From Armatimonadota bacterium (GTDB lineage: Bacteria > Armatimonadota > Fimbriimonadia > Fimbriimonadales > Fimbriimonadaceae), in contig JADFMN010000005.1 of the NCBI GenBank assembly GCA_022563855.1, positions 132,623 to 196,622 on the forward strand: 64,000 nucleotides of DNA, given 5' to 3'. The notes below the pieces were generated by a model, which was not told the origin of the DNA, ran no database searches, and saw only the letters and a program-made list of their open reading frames with translations. Each line of letters begins with the position of its first letter. Position 1 is the first letter of the stretch. The translations under genes and the position numbers were made by a program. Positions 18,460 to 27,150 of the stretch are shown in pieces.

Positions 18460-18490
18460 GGTCGGGTTGTGGGAGTCCCACAGCCCGACC
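18460..18490 (+). promoter_or_regulatory. Intercistronic long hairpin (about 15 bp including one G-U)
   Basis: GGTCGGGTTGTGGGA-g-TCCCACAGCCCGACC. No U-tract. It lies between cluster genes 2 and 3. Confidence 0.6.
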
Positions 18491-18524
18491 GGACGTCAGC
18501 ACATTGCGTGTGCGGGCGGTGCGG

Positions 18525-20534
18525 ATGCAGATGGCGAACAGACTGTTACTTAGGTTAATCGCGGTTTCCGTGCTAGCTGTCGTGCCGTTGCTGGCTCTAG
18601 CGGCCAACGGTACGATCAAACTCACGGCGTTCCCCACCATCACCGTCTCGGATGGTCGAACTACGATCACCGTAACAGCAGAAGTTCGGGACGGCTCCGG
18701 TCGCCCGGTGCCGGACGGAACGAGAGTCGTCTTTGAGACGACTCTCGGCACGTTCCGAACCGGCCTTGTCGCCACTCAAAACGGACTCGCCCAGGCAACC
18801 CTGGTCGCAAGCAGCATCCCCGGCACGGCGAAGGTGCGAGCAGCCGTCTTGCAATACGGCGCGAACGCGCTACTGAGAATCCAATTCGTCTCGGATCCAT
18901 CGCTGCTGTCGAGCAGGAAGGACTACATCGAGGTCGTCAGTTCGAACACGATGACGTACAGCTACGACGACAGGATTCTGGAGGCAAGCGCAACAGACAA
19001 GGGCGTCCACATTCGGTACCGAGATATAACGATCGATGCAGACGACGTGCAAATCCAGGTGCCGAACTATGAGGTAAGGGCGAGACGGGCGACGCTGAAA
19101 ATCGGCGACACTGTCAGGGAGTACGAGGAGCTGTACATCCGGCTGAACCAGCGCAGAGGGTTGGGTACCACCGTGTACGAGGCAGAATCGTACCAGATAG
19201 ATCGCGCGTGGTTGCTGGTCAATGTCCGGTCTGTCGTTCGCGATCGCCTGGGCCTCGTCGACATCGATGGCGAAGAAATTTCACCGCACGTCGGAGCAAT
19301 AAGCTCAGCTCTGTTGGGGTTTAAGGACATCTCGCAGTCGATCACGATCATCCGCAGCAAGAAGGCCATTGCGTATCCGACGAAGGAGGTTCACTTTTAC
19401 CGAGCCGAGGTGATCGTTGGTGGCGAGACGATCATGAGATTGCCGCTCTACAAAGCGAGCACGCATCCGCAGTCGCCCATCATCACAGATTCTATTCTGA
19501 CCATCTCAAACAACAGGCTGGCCATAGATTATCCGTACTATCTCGATCTGGCCCCAGGGCGCACCAGTCTGCTCAGATTCCGGTACGGCAACCGCTACAG
19601 CACGGGAGTCGGGGTGTCCGGCGGCACGTATCTGGATTACGAGTACAAGTGGAACCAAGGCCACTCGATGGACGGCGGACTAGTTGTGAGCGGTTTGCTG
19701 CGAGACGATTGGGGCGCTGCCATCCGGCAGTACTGGCGGACTGACGCAGGAACTTCGATCTCGGCGCAGCTCAACTTTCCGGCACATCGCAGCGTATTCG
19801 CCACGGCGAACATCAATCACGATTTTGAAGGATTTCACGCGACGGTCAGTGCCTCGCGCGCCCAGAGCCTGCGTGGTGCCCAGTATCAAAACGACCAGTA
19901 TCTGTTTGTGCTGGAGAAGGATCCGATCAAACTCGGTAGCTTGCCTGTAAGGGTTTATCTTGGCTTGACGGCCAGCGAGAGCAACATCCGATCGGAGTTT
20001 TTTAACGGGGGGCAGAGCCGCGTTGGGCTTCGGGCCCGCTTCATCAGCAAGCCGTGGACGATCAACCGCCGCAACTCTGTGAGCGCGTCGTACACGTTCA
20101 GCCGCTTTGAGGGGTCTCAGGTCACGTCGAACATGAGTCATTTGGCGACTGTATCGATGGTGTCGAACTTCGGAAACGGACTGTTCTTGCAGACTACGTA
20201 CGATTACGTGGCCGACGGCTTTACCGAGCAGGCCCTTGGCCGACACCGATTGACGGCCGATGCGTACTACAGCAGAGGTGCGTGGACGATGAGAACCTTT
20301 GCCTCGCGAAGCTTGGACGTCGACAGATTGAGCGCGAGCGTGAGCCTGGACGTAGCGTTCAGCTCGCAATGGCGCACCTATTACAACTACTTCTTAGACC
20401 AGTACGCAGGCGACTCTTATTTTGACCAGACTATCGTGTTGGCGTACCGAATCGGTCTTCGTGAAGTCGGACTGAGCTATTCAAATCGGACGAAGAGAAT
20501 TGGGATTGAAATCCTGGGCGCGCGCTTCAATTAG
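18525..20534 (+). CDS. Ig-like (Big_1-type) domain + OstA/LptD-like outer-membrane protein (cluster gene 3)
   Basis: The ATG at 18525 or 18531 gives the signal peptide MQMANRLLLRLIAVSVLAVVPLLALA. TITVTAEVRDGSGRPVPDGTRVVFETTLGTF...AQATLVASSIPGTAKV looks invasin/Big_1-like. The following DDRILEASATDKGVHIRYRDITIDADDVQIQVPNYEVRARRATL resembles the OstA N-domain. The long beta-rich C-terminal region ends ...GIEILGARFN. Confidence 0.55.
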   Translation: MQMANRLLLRLIAVSVLAVVPLLALAANGTIKLTAFPTITVSDGRTTITVTAEVRDGSGRPVPDGTRVVFETTLGTFRTGLVATQNGLAQATLVASSIPGTAKVRAAVLQYGANALLRIQFVSDPSLLSSRKDYIEVVSSNTMTYSYDDRILEASATDKGVHIRYRDITIDADDVQIQVPNYEVRARRATLKIGDTVREYEELYIRLNQRRGLGTTVYEAESYQIDRAWLLVNVRSVVRDRLGLVDIDGEEISPHVGAISSALLGFKDISQSITIIRSKKAIAYPTKEVHFYRAEVIVGGETIMRLPLYKASTHPQSPIITDSILTISNNRLAIDYPYYLDLAPGRTSLLRFRYGNRYSTGVGVSGGTYLDYEYKWNQGHSMDGGLVVSGLLRDDWGAAIRQYWRTDAGTSISAQLNFPAHRSVFATANINHDFEGFHATVSASRAQSLRGAQYQNDQYLFVLEKDPIKLGSLPVRVYLGLTASESNIRSEFFNGGQSRVGLRARFISKPWTINRRNSVSASYTFSRFEGSQVTSNMSHLATVSMVSNFGNGLFLQTTYDYVADGFTEQALGRHRLTADAYYSRGAWTMRTFASRSLDVDRLSASVSLDVAFSSQWRTYYNYFLDQYAGDSYFDQTIVLAYRIGLREVGLSYSNRTKRIGIEILGARFN

Positions 20535-22290
20535 CGCCGCCGCCGTCTGTTTCGCAGCGCTCGCCGTTGCTCAGTCGTTCGGACGGTTCGGATACTCGTC
20601 GATCCCGCAGGTGCCTGGCTTCCGGCTGTTTCAGGAGGGGTTCAGAGCGCAGAATCCGTCATCTGGCCTCATTCGCTTTGCGAGCCCTTGGTCGGGCACC
20701 CCGGTCGAAGTCAGTGAACGCAGGGCTACTTACGTTGGTGAGCGCCGGGAAGGCAGCCCACAGAAAATTCGCGTCGATCTGCGCCGGCCTGGATTTGAGC
20801 TGTACTTTCCGCTGGGATTTCGATTCACCGTTTCGTCGCCTCAGTCGCCGTACCTGACGTGGCCGGAGGGCAGCGCCGGCGCCGACGTGCCGATTCCGGC
20901 ATCGAAGTGGTTCATGCTCTCTTTCCGAACCCGGCAGCCACCGGTTCTATTCGTGTTCGATGAGTTCCCCGTTGGCGTAAGGATCACGGGGCAGTCCGGT
21001 CAGTGGACTATTGAAAGCACCGAGCACTTCGAGGGATGGATACGTGTCTGCCTCCCGCTTGGTGCGCGCGAAACCGAGCTACTGACCGCGGCGCAGCTGG
21101 GCCAGGCCGTCAAAGCCATAGAGCGAGACGAGTCGTTTTGGACGCAGAAGAACCCAAGTCTCTTGGACTTCCGGATTCGCTCCGACGAAGACGGCGTGAC
21201 GGCCGTTTGGACTTTCGATCGCCCGGGCGCGGTTGTCCCGGCTGCGGCCCTTCTGAGCCGAGCCGGAGGGTATCCGATCCAGATTCTCTCTGGGATTCGG
21301 GAGACCTCCGCCGAACTTTGGGACGGCGTGATCGCCTACACGACAGAACCGAAGCTAGCCATCACGTTTCCAATGCGCAGAGTCCCGACCGGTCGCGCGC
21401 TGACCATCGCTGCGAAAGATCCGCTGGTGATCGAGGGCGACGACATCTCTGCGCTCGTCGAGCTGGCGCTTTCAAATCTGGTTGCGTCGAGCCGCGCCGG
21501 ACTTGCGAAAGACATCGACGAGCGGCTGAACAGGTACCGAGACGCCGCCGTGTACACACGAGAGGCGAACACCGGGCAACGGCACCCGTTCGCCGCAGAC
21601 GGCACCGGCTTCGACGACTTTGCAGCGCGCGTGCTGCTCTGGCAATCTCAATTGCACGCAAGAGGCGAGCCGTCGGGTGAGAACGAGTGGCTCAGGAGCG
21701 CGAGTTCACGGATCGACTGGTCTACTTGGATGCCTTGGATGTCCGACCAGGTCGTATCTCGCCGGGCTGCGGCGCTGCTCGCGATCGCCGGCGCGCTCTG
21801 CCAAGAGCCGGAGCGAAGGCTCATGGGAGCGATGCTGCAGGCGGGTCTGTGTTCGCAGCGGGGTCTGCGGCTGTACCGGCAGCGTCGTGGCTACCCCGCC
21901 CTACCGTTCGACCTGGTCGAGCCGATGTACTCTTTCCGATCAGGCCTCTATCTGATGGGCCCAAACGCGTTCGTGCGATCGCTTGCGAGCGAAGTCAGGG
22001 TGATTTCAGATGTGCCGATCAGGGCGGTGCAGGAGGACGGCAGGATTTCGATCCGGTGGCTGCCCAGTTCGTTGCAGCAGCATAACGTTCGGTTTCTCAT
22101 CGGTCGCCCCGTAACCGCCCAGCCCATGGACAATCTGCTGACGCTGCTGGCGACGGAGTCGCTCGGCGAACTCACGCTGACTTACCGCGCTGCCACGCTG
22201 AGCGAGTGTAGCGCTACGTTGCTCAGTCCCGGTTGGGTGACCCCTTTGCCCGCTGCGCAGAGCGTCCCCAGATACAGCGAATCGCGGTAG
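20500..22290 (+). CDS. Large exported protein of unknown function (cluster gene 4)
   Basis: TTG start (20500 or 20506) with a signal-like KSWARASISAAAVCFAALAVAQS. It overlaps gene 3 by about 35 nt. No family recognised. Confidence 0.55.
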   Translation: MGLKSWARASISAAAVCFAALAVAQSFGRFGYSSIPQVPGFRLFQEGFRAQNPSSGLIRFASPWSGTPVEVSERRATYVGERREGSPQKIRVDLRRPGFELYFPLGFRFTVSSPQSPYLTWPEGSAGADVPIPASKWFMLSFRTRQPPVLFVFDEFPVGVRITGQSGQWTIESTEHFEGWIRVCLPLGARETELLTAAQLGQAVKAIERDESFWTQKNPSLLDFRIRSDEDGVTAVWTFDRPGAVVPAAALLSRAGGYPIQILSGIRETSAELWDGVIAYTTEPKLAITFPMRRVPTGRALTIAAKDPLVIEGDDISALVELALSNLVASSRAGLAKDIDERLNRYRDAAVYTREANTGQRHPFAADGTGFDDFAARVLLWQSQLHARGEPSGENEWLRSASSRIDWSTWMPWMSDQVVSRRAAALLAIAGALCQEPERRLMGAMLQAGLCSQRGLRLYRQRRGYPALPFDLVEPMYSFRSGLYLMGPNAFVRSLASEVRVISDVPIRAVQEDGRISIRWLPSSLQQHNVRFLIGRPVTAQPMDNLLTLLATESLGELTLTYRAATLSECSATLLSPGWVTPLPAAQSVPRYSESR

Positions 22291-22342
22291 CAAACCTCAC
22301 GTCCCAAGCACAACAAATTGATTTCCGGGCTAGACTTAGGTC

Positions 22343-23266
22343 GTGGGCATATCTCGCCGAGATTTCTTGAAGGGATCAAGCGCGGTCGGTGCGGCCAGCC
22401 TCACCGGACTGCTGGGCGACTTCCTGAAGTCCGCCCCAAAGATGCCGACGCGCCCGCTGGGCAAGATGGGCTGGGACGCTTCGATCTACGCCGTCGGTAC
22501 CGCCGAGATGCCCGCCGGCGAACGGTCTGTGCGGACCTTGCGCGAGCTGATGGACGCCGGGGTCAACTACATCGACACGGCGCCGAGCTATCAGAGCACG
22601 CGGAGTGAGACCCTGATCGGACAGGCGGTAGCGGGAAGAAGAGATCAGGTGTGGATCTCCACGAAGACCTTGGAGCGCACCGCCGACGGGGCGTACAAGG
22701 AGATCAACGAGAGCCTCAAGAGGCTTGGCACAGAGACGATCGATCTACTCCAGGTTCATGCGGTAAACGACAACGGTTCGCTCAATGCCGTGCTGCGCAA
22801 GGGAGGAGCCATCGAGGGCATTGAGCGGGCGAAATCAGAGGGGCTTGTGCGCCACATCGGCATCACCGGCCACACGCGCCCCGAGGTCATTCTGAGGGCG
22901 ATCAAGGAGTACCCGTTCGAGTCCATTCTCGTGCCGACGAGCGCGCTTGATCGCCACGTCAACGACTTTGCGGAGGAAGTGATACCGACTGCTAGGCAAA
23001 AGGGTCTTGCAGTAGTCGGAATGAAGTCGGTGAAAGGCATCGAAAGAGCGACGAAAGGAGAGTTCGAGCCGGCAGAGTTCATCCGCTACTCGCTGTCGCT
23101 GCCGATCTCGACGCTGACGATCGGGTTGCGCAAGATCCCTGAAGCCGCTGAGAATCTGAAGCTTGCGCTGGCGTTCAAAGAGATGACGCGCACCGAGATG
23201 ACTGCGCTGGAGCAAGAGGTAGAGCGTCACGCGAACATGACCACACTCTGGTGGAAGAAGCAGTAG
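22343..23266 (+). CDS. Aldo/keto reductase with twin-arginine (Tat) signal
   Basis: GTG start. ISRRDFLKGSSAVGAASL is a Tat motif. GVNYIDTAPSY, DLLQVH and GITGH are AKR-family motifs. Confidence 0.75.
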   Translation: MGISRRDFLKGSSAVGAASLTGLLGDFLKSAPKMPTRPLGKMGWDASIYAVGTAEMPAGERSVRTLRELMDAGVNYIDTAPSYQSTRSETLIGQAVAGRRDQVWISTKTLERTADGAYKEINESLKRLGTETIDLLQVHAVNDNGSLNAVLRKGGAIEGIERAKSEGLVRHIGITGHTRPEVILRAIKEYPFESILVPTSALDRHVNDFAEEVIPTARQKGLAVVGMKSVKGIERATKGEFEPAEFIRYSLSLPISTLTIGLRKIPEAAENLKLALAFKEMTRTEMTALEQEVERHANMTTLWWKKQ

Positions 23267-23707
23267 TTACGCCGTCAGCCTTGCGTATTCCCGCTCGATG
23301 GCGTCCTGCAACAGCGTCGGGCACGCGAGGCTGATCACAAGCTCAAGGCCGTGGGTGGCTTCCATCGCTTCGGCCAGCGTGTAGTCCATCGGATCGGAGA
23401 CTACGCAGTGCAAAAGTTGCCCCTCGATTCGCACCGGAAGGATCGACCTAGAGGCGGCAAACGACTCCGAGAAGATCCGCAGCGCGCTTGGCTGGCAATC
23501 GACCTGTTCGAGGTCTACAAGCGCCAGCCCGTACTGATCGGCCAGGCAGTCGATGATATCCTGTTCGGCGACGTAGCCCTGTTCTATCAGGGACTCGCCG
23601 AACCGCTGGTAGGCGCCGCCGCGCCCTTCGAGCGCGGTGTCCATCTGCTCTTGGGTCAGCAGGCCCTTGTCGATTAGCATCTGTCCAATCCGAACGTAAT
23701 CAGGCAT
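23267..23707 (-). CDS. Stand-alone GspE-N / MshEN-type domain protein (candidate c-di-GMP receptor)
   Basis: 146 aa with two copies of the RxGxxLIxxGxLxxxxLxxxL pattern: RIGQMLIDKGLLTQEQMDTAL and RFGESLIEQGYVAEQDIIDCLADQ. No ATPase domain follows. Confidence 0.6.
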   Translation of the reverse strand: MPDYVRIGQMLIDKGLLTQEQMDTALEGRGGAYQRFGESLIEQGYVAEQDIIDCLADQYGLALVDLEQVDCQPSALRIFSESFAASRSILPVRIEGQLLHCVVSDPMDYTLAEAMEATHGLELVISLACPTLLQDAIEREYARLTA

Positions 23708-23809
23708 GATCGCTCCGCTAACGTTCTCATTCCACAGATCGACGCCTGACTCGCTGGTTTTCGGCGAGATCGAGCGTGATTTGAAGCGGGTATGATCGTG
23801 CTCACCGTT

Positions 23810-23884
23810 GGGCGGTTGGCTCAGGGGTAGAGCGCTTCGTTCACACCGAAGAGGTCACAGGTTCAAATCCTGTACCGCCCACCA
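23810..23884 (+). tRNA. tRNA-Val (anticodon CAC), CCA encoded
   Basis: Cloverleaf folded by hand: acceptor GGGCGGT/ACCGCCC, D-arm GCTC-AGGGGTA-GAGC, anticodon stem CTTCG/CGAAG with loop TTCACAC, T-arm ACAGG-TTCAAAT-CCTGT. Confidence 0.9.
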
Positions 23885-23930
23885 AGTCTCTCGCCTGCCC
23901 GCCCCTCCGTACAAATAGTAGAATGAGTGA

Positions 23931-24395
23931 ATGGATCAGCGCGATCCTGAAGAGTGGCTCGAACAGATTGCGAAGGAAATGGAGCGCCTGACGGGAGAAA
24001 TCTCAGGCGCGGCCCCTAAACTCGCCCGCTCTAAGGGCTGGAGCCCTCGCATCGACATCCTCGAGACGGAAGAAAACGTCGTGCTGAAGGCGGAGCTTGC
24101 AGGAGTCCAGCCTGAGAAAGTCACCCTGCACTTCAGTTCCCAGCGGCAGACCCTGACCGTCAAAGGCGTCCGGCACGATGAGTCGCTCTTCCCACACGAC
24201 AGACAGGTCCCGTTGCAACTAGAGATCGAGTACGGCGAGTTCTGGCGCGAAATAGCGCTGCCGGATGTGTCGCTCGATCTCGAAGGCGTCAGAGCGCGGT
24301 TCGACAATGGAATCATGTTCGTCGTCATCCCGAAATGCGCTGAAGCCTCGCCGACCGTGGTCATAAAGAAAACGATTACGATCAAGAAGTTCTAA
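23931..24395 (+). CDS. Hsp20/alpha-crystallin small heat-shock protein
   Basis: WSPRIDILETEENVVLKAELAGVQPEKVTL...YGEFWREIALPDVSLDLEGVRARFDNGIMFVVIPK is the ACD pattern. The stop overlaps the lon ATG (TAATG). Confidence 0.85.
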   Translation: MDQRDPEEWLEQIAKEMERLTGEISGAAPKLARSKGWSPRIDILETEENVVLKAELAGVQPEKVTLHFSSQRQTLTVKGVRHDESLFPHDRQVPLQLEIEYGEFWREIALPDVSLDLEGVRARFDNGIMFVVIPKCAEASPTVVIKKTITIKKF

Positions 24396-26812
24396 TGTCA
24401 GACGCCAAGTCACCTGTTGAAGAAGCTGTCGAAGTCGAGCTGAAAGGGCCGACTCTCGAAGTCGGACCTGATGAGGAGGACGTCGTTGACCTGCCTGAAA
24501 CGCTCAACATTCTACCGTTGCGCGACTCGGTGATCTACCCGATGCTGATCGCGCCGTTGAGCGTTGCAAGGGCGTCATCGGTGCAGCTGATCGATGAGAG
24601 CGTGCAGGGACAAGATCGAATCATCGGCGTCGTCGTCCAGCGGGACCCGGCGACGGACGAGCCCGGCTTTGACGACATCTACGGCGTCGGCTGCGCAGTC
24701 ATCATCCGCACATTGATGAAGGCTGGCAACAACGTTCGCCTGATCGTTCAGGGCATGGCTCGCTTCAAGATCGTCGAGCCGATCCAGGTGAAGCCGTTCA
24801 TGGTGTGTCGGGTCGAGCCGCTCGAAGAGGAGGTAGTCACGCCAGAGATCGCGGAGGAGGTCGAGGCTCTGCGGCGATCGGTGTCCGCGCTGTTCGAGCA
24901 AGCGGTGCGGCTCTCGCCGATGTTGCCGGACGAACTGCGCTCGCTGACTACGGCGGTCCAGGAGCCGGGCATCCTGTGCGACCTGGTCGCCGCGCACGTG
25001 CCCCTCCAGGTCGCCGAAAAGCAAGAGTTGCTCGACACGGCGGACTTGCGAGTCCGCATGAGGCGCCTTCTCGAGCTGTTGGGCAAGGAGGTCCGAGTGC
25101 TTGAGCTGACGAGCAAGGTGCAGAGCGAGGTCAGCACCGAGCTGAGCAAGGCCCAGCGCGACTACTACCTGCGAGAGCAGCTCAAAGCGATCCAGAAGGA
25201 GCTTGGCGAGGACTTCGGTGGCGCGGACGACCTGGAGGAGCTGCGACAGCTCATCGACGCCGCAGGCATGTCGGAGGCCGCGCTGAAGGAGGTGAACCGG
25301 GAGTTCGATCGACTGAAGCGCATCAACGCCGGGTCCCCCGAGTATTCAGTGGCGCGAACCTACGTCGAGACGATGGCGGCGCTGCCGTGGAACGTATCGA
25401 CGACGGACAACCTCGACCTCGAGCACGTGCGAAAGGTGCTCGACGAGGATCACTACGGACTGGACAAGATCAAGCGGCGGATCGTGGAGTTTTTGGCCGT
25501 GCGCAAGGTGAAGAAGGACGGCCTGGTCAAGCAGCCGATTCTGTGCTTCTACGGGCCGCCCGGAGTCGGCAAAACCTCGCTGGGTCGGTCGATCGCCAGG
25601 GCGATGGACAGGAAATTCGTGAGACTCTCGCTCGGCGGAATGCGCGATGAAGCAGAAATCCGAGGTCATCGGCGCACGTACATCGGTGCGATGCCCGGCC
25701 AGGTGATCCAGAGCATTCGCAGAGCGGAGTGCAACAACCCAGTCTTCGTCTTCGACGAGATCGACAAGCTCGGAAACGACTTTCGGGGAGACCCGGCTTC
25801 GGCGATGCTCGAAGTGCTCGACCCGGAGCAGAACAGTTCGTTCCGCGACCACTACGTCGATGCCCCGTTCGACCTCTCTCGCGTCTTCTTCATCACGACC
25901 GCCAACAGGTTGGACACGATTCCGCCGGCTCTGCGAGATCGGATGGAGATCATCGAGATTACCGGCTACACCGAGCACGAGAAGAGCGAGATCGCCGCGA
26001 GGCATCTCGTTCCGCGACAGATCGAGGATCACGGACTTACTGAAAAGCAGGTGAGCGTGGAAGAGGGCGCGATTCTGCACATCATCCAGCGGTACACGAG
26101 AGAAGCCGGAGTTCGCAACCTCAACCGCGAGCTTGGCGCGGTCGTCAGGCGAGCGACTCTGATGTTCGCGGAGGGGCGAAAGCGGAAGCTCGCAATCACC
26201 AAGAAGTTCGTTGAGTCCACCCTCGGGGCGCCGCGGTATTCGATGGACGAGCTAGCTGAAAGATCGCTCATCGCCGGAGTTGCGCTAGGCCTCGCCTGGA
26301 CGCCGGTAGGGGGCGAGGTGCTCTTTGTCGAGTCGACGTCAATGACTGGAAAAAAGGGTCTGACAATCACCGGCCAGGTCGGAGACGTGATGAAAGAGTC
26401 GGTGGAAGCCGCACTGAGCTACGTCCGATCTAACGCCAAAAAGTTAAAGATTGACCCAGAATTCTTTAACAAATCCGACATTCATATCCACGTTCCGGCT
26501 GGGGCGGTGCCGAAAGATGGGCCTAGCGCGGGAATCACGATGCTGACGGCGCTCGTGTCGTTGCTGACCGGTCGAAAGGTGCGACCGCGCCTCGCGATGA
26601 CCGGCGAAATCACGCTGACCGGGCAAGTTCTGCCGGTCGGCGGGATCAAGGAGAAAGTTCTGGCAGCGCACCGCGCAGGCGTCAAGACGCTGTTGCTGCC
26701 GGCCCAGAACAGGAAGGAGTATCAGGAAGACGTTCCGCAGGAGATCCAGGATCAGATCGAGGTGCATTTCATCAGGCGCGTGTCCCACGCCTTGCTCTTG
26801 GCCCTTGAGTAG
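24395..26812 (+). CDS. lon: ATP-dependent Lon protease
   Basis: LON N-domain, Walker [10 protein letters not shown] and the catalytic PKDGPSAGITM with the KEKVLAAHRAGVK region. Confidence 0.95.
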   Translation: MSDAKSPVEEAVEVELKGPTLEVGPDEEDVVDLPETLNILPLRDSVIYPMLIAPLSVARASSVQLIDESVQGQDRIIGVVVQRDPATDEPGFDDIYGVGCAVIIRTLMKAGNNVRLIVQGMARFKIVEPIQVKPFMVCRVEPLEEEVVTPEIAEEVEALRRSVSALFEQAVRLSPMLPDELRSLTTAVQEPGILCDLVAAHVPLQVAEKQELLDTADLRVRMRRLLELLGKEVRVLELTSKVQSEVSTELSKAQRDYYLREQLKAIQKELGEDFGGADDLEELRQLIDAAGMSEAALKEVNREFDRLKRINAGSPEYSVARTYVETMAALPWNVSTTDNLDLEHVRKVLDEDHYGLDKIKRRIVEFLAVRKVKKDGLVKQPILCFYGPPGVGKTSLGRSIARAMDRKFVRLSLGGMRDEAEIRGHRRTYIGAMPGQVIQSIRRAECNNPVFVFDEIDKLGNDFRGDPASAMLEVLDPEQNSSFRDHYVDAPFDLSRVFFITTANRLDTIPPALRDRMEIIEITGYTEHEKSEIAARHLVPRQIEDHGLTEKQVSVEEGAILHIIQRYTREAGVRNLNRELGAVVRRATLMFAEGRKRKLAITKKFVESTLGAPRYSMDELAERSLIAGVALGLAWTPVGGEVLFVESTSMTGKKGLTITGQVGDVMKESVEAALSYVRSNAKKLKIDPEFFNKSDIHIHVPAGAVPKDGPSAGITMLTALVSLLTGRKVRPRLAMTGEITLTGQVLPVGGIKEKVLAAHRAGVKTLLLPAQNRKEYQEDVPQEIQDQIEVHFIRRVSHALLLALE

Positions 26813-26817
26813 CGGCT

Positions 26818-27150
26818 TCAGTCGCTTGGCGTCGCCTCGACGCGTATACCGATCTTAGCGATGACTTCAGCGGTCTTCTTGCACTCGTCTTCTGACGCGC
26901 GGTGGACGACGCACTTGCCGTAGTGATCGATCTCCCACGCCTCGATATACGCTTCCTCGCCGTCGCATCCCGTCGATAGCATCAGCACGAGCATTACCTC
27001 TTCGTAAGTGTTGACTTCGTTGTCGTAGACAGTGACCACCCATCCTTCGCCGAGCTTTGTCTCGTCGGCAGTGTGAAGATCGGGCAGCTCAATCGTAGAG
27101 CCAGAGCTGCCCGCCGCAAGAATCCTCGTTCTTTCATCGATCGAGGTCAA
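26818..27150 (-). CDS. clpS: ClpS-family adaptor protein (second of tandem pair)
   Basis: WVVTVYDNEVNTYEEVMLVLMLSTGCDGEEAYIEAWEIDHYGKCVV matches the ClpS core. The proposed TTG start at 27150 overlaps the upstream clpS stop (TTGA). The longer track ORF (to 27273) would overlap the upstream gene. Confidence 0.7.
   Translation of the reverse strand: MTSIDERTRILAAGSSGSTIELPDLHTADETKLGEGWVVTVYDNEVNTYEEVMLVLMLSTGCDGEEAYIEAWEIDHYGKCVVHRASEDECKKTAEVIAKIGIRVEATPSD

Noticed and set aside
25346-26080. 244-aa minus-strand ORF inside lon
   Set aside because: It is antisense to an unambiguous Lon AAA+ domain and has no motifs of its own.
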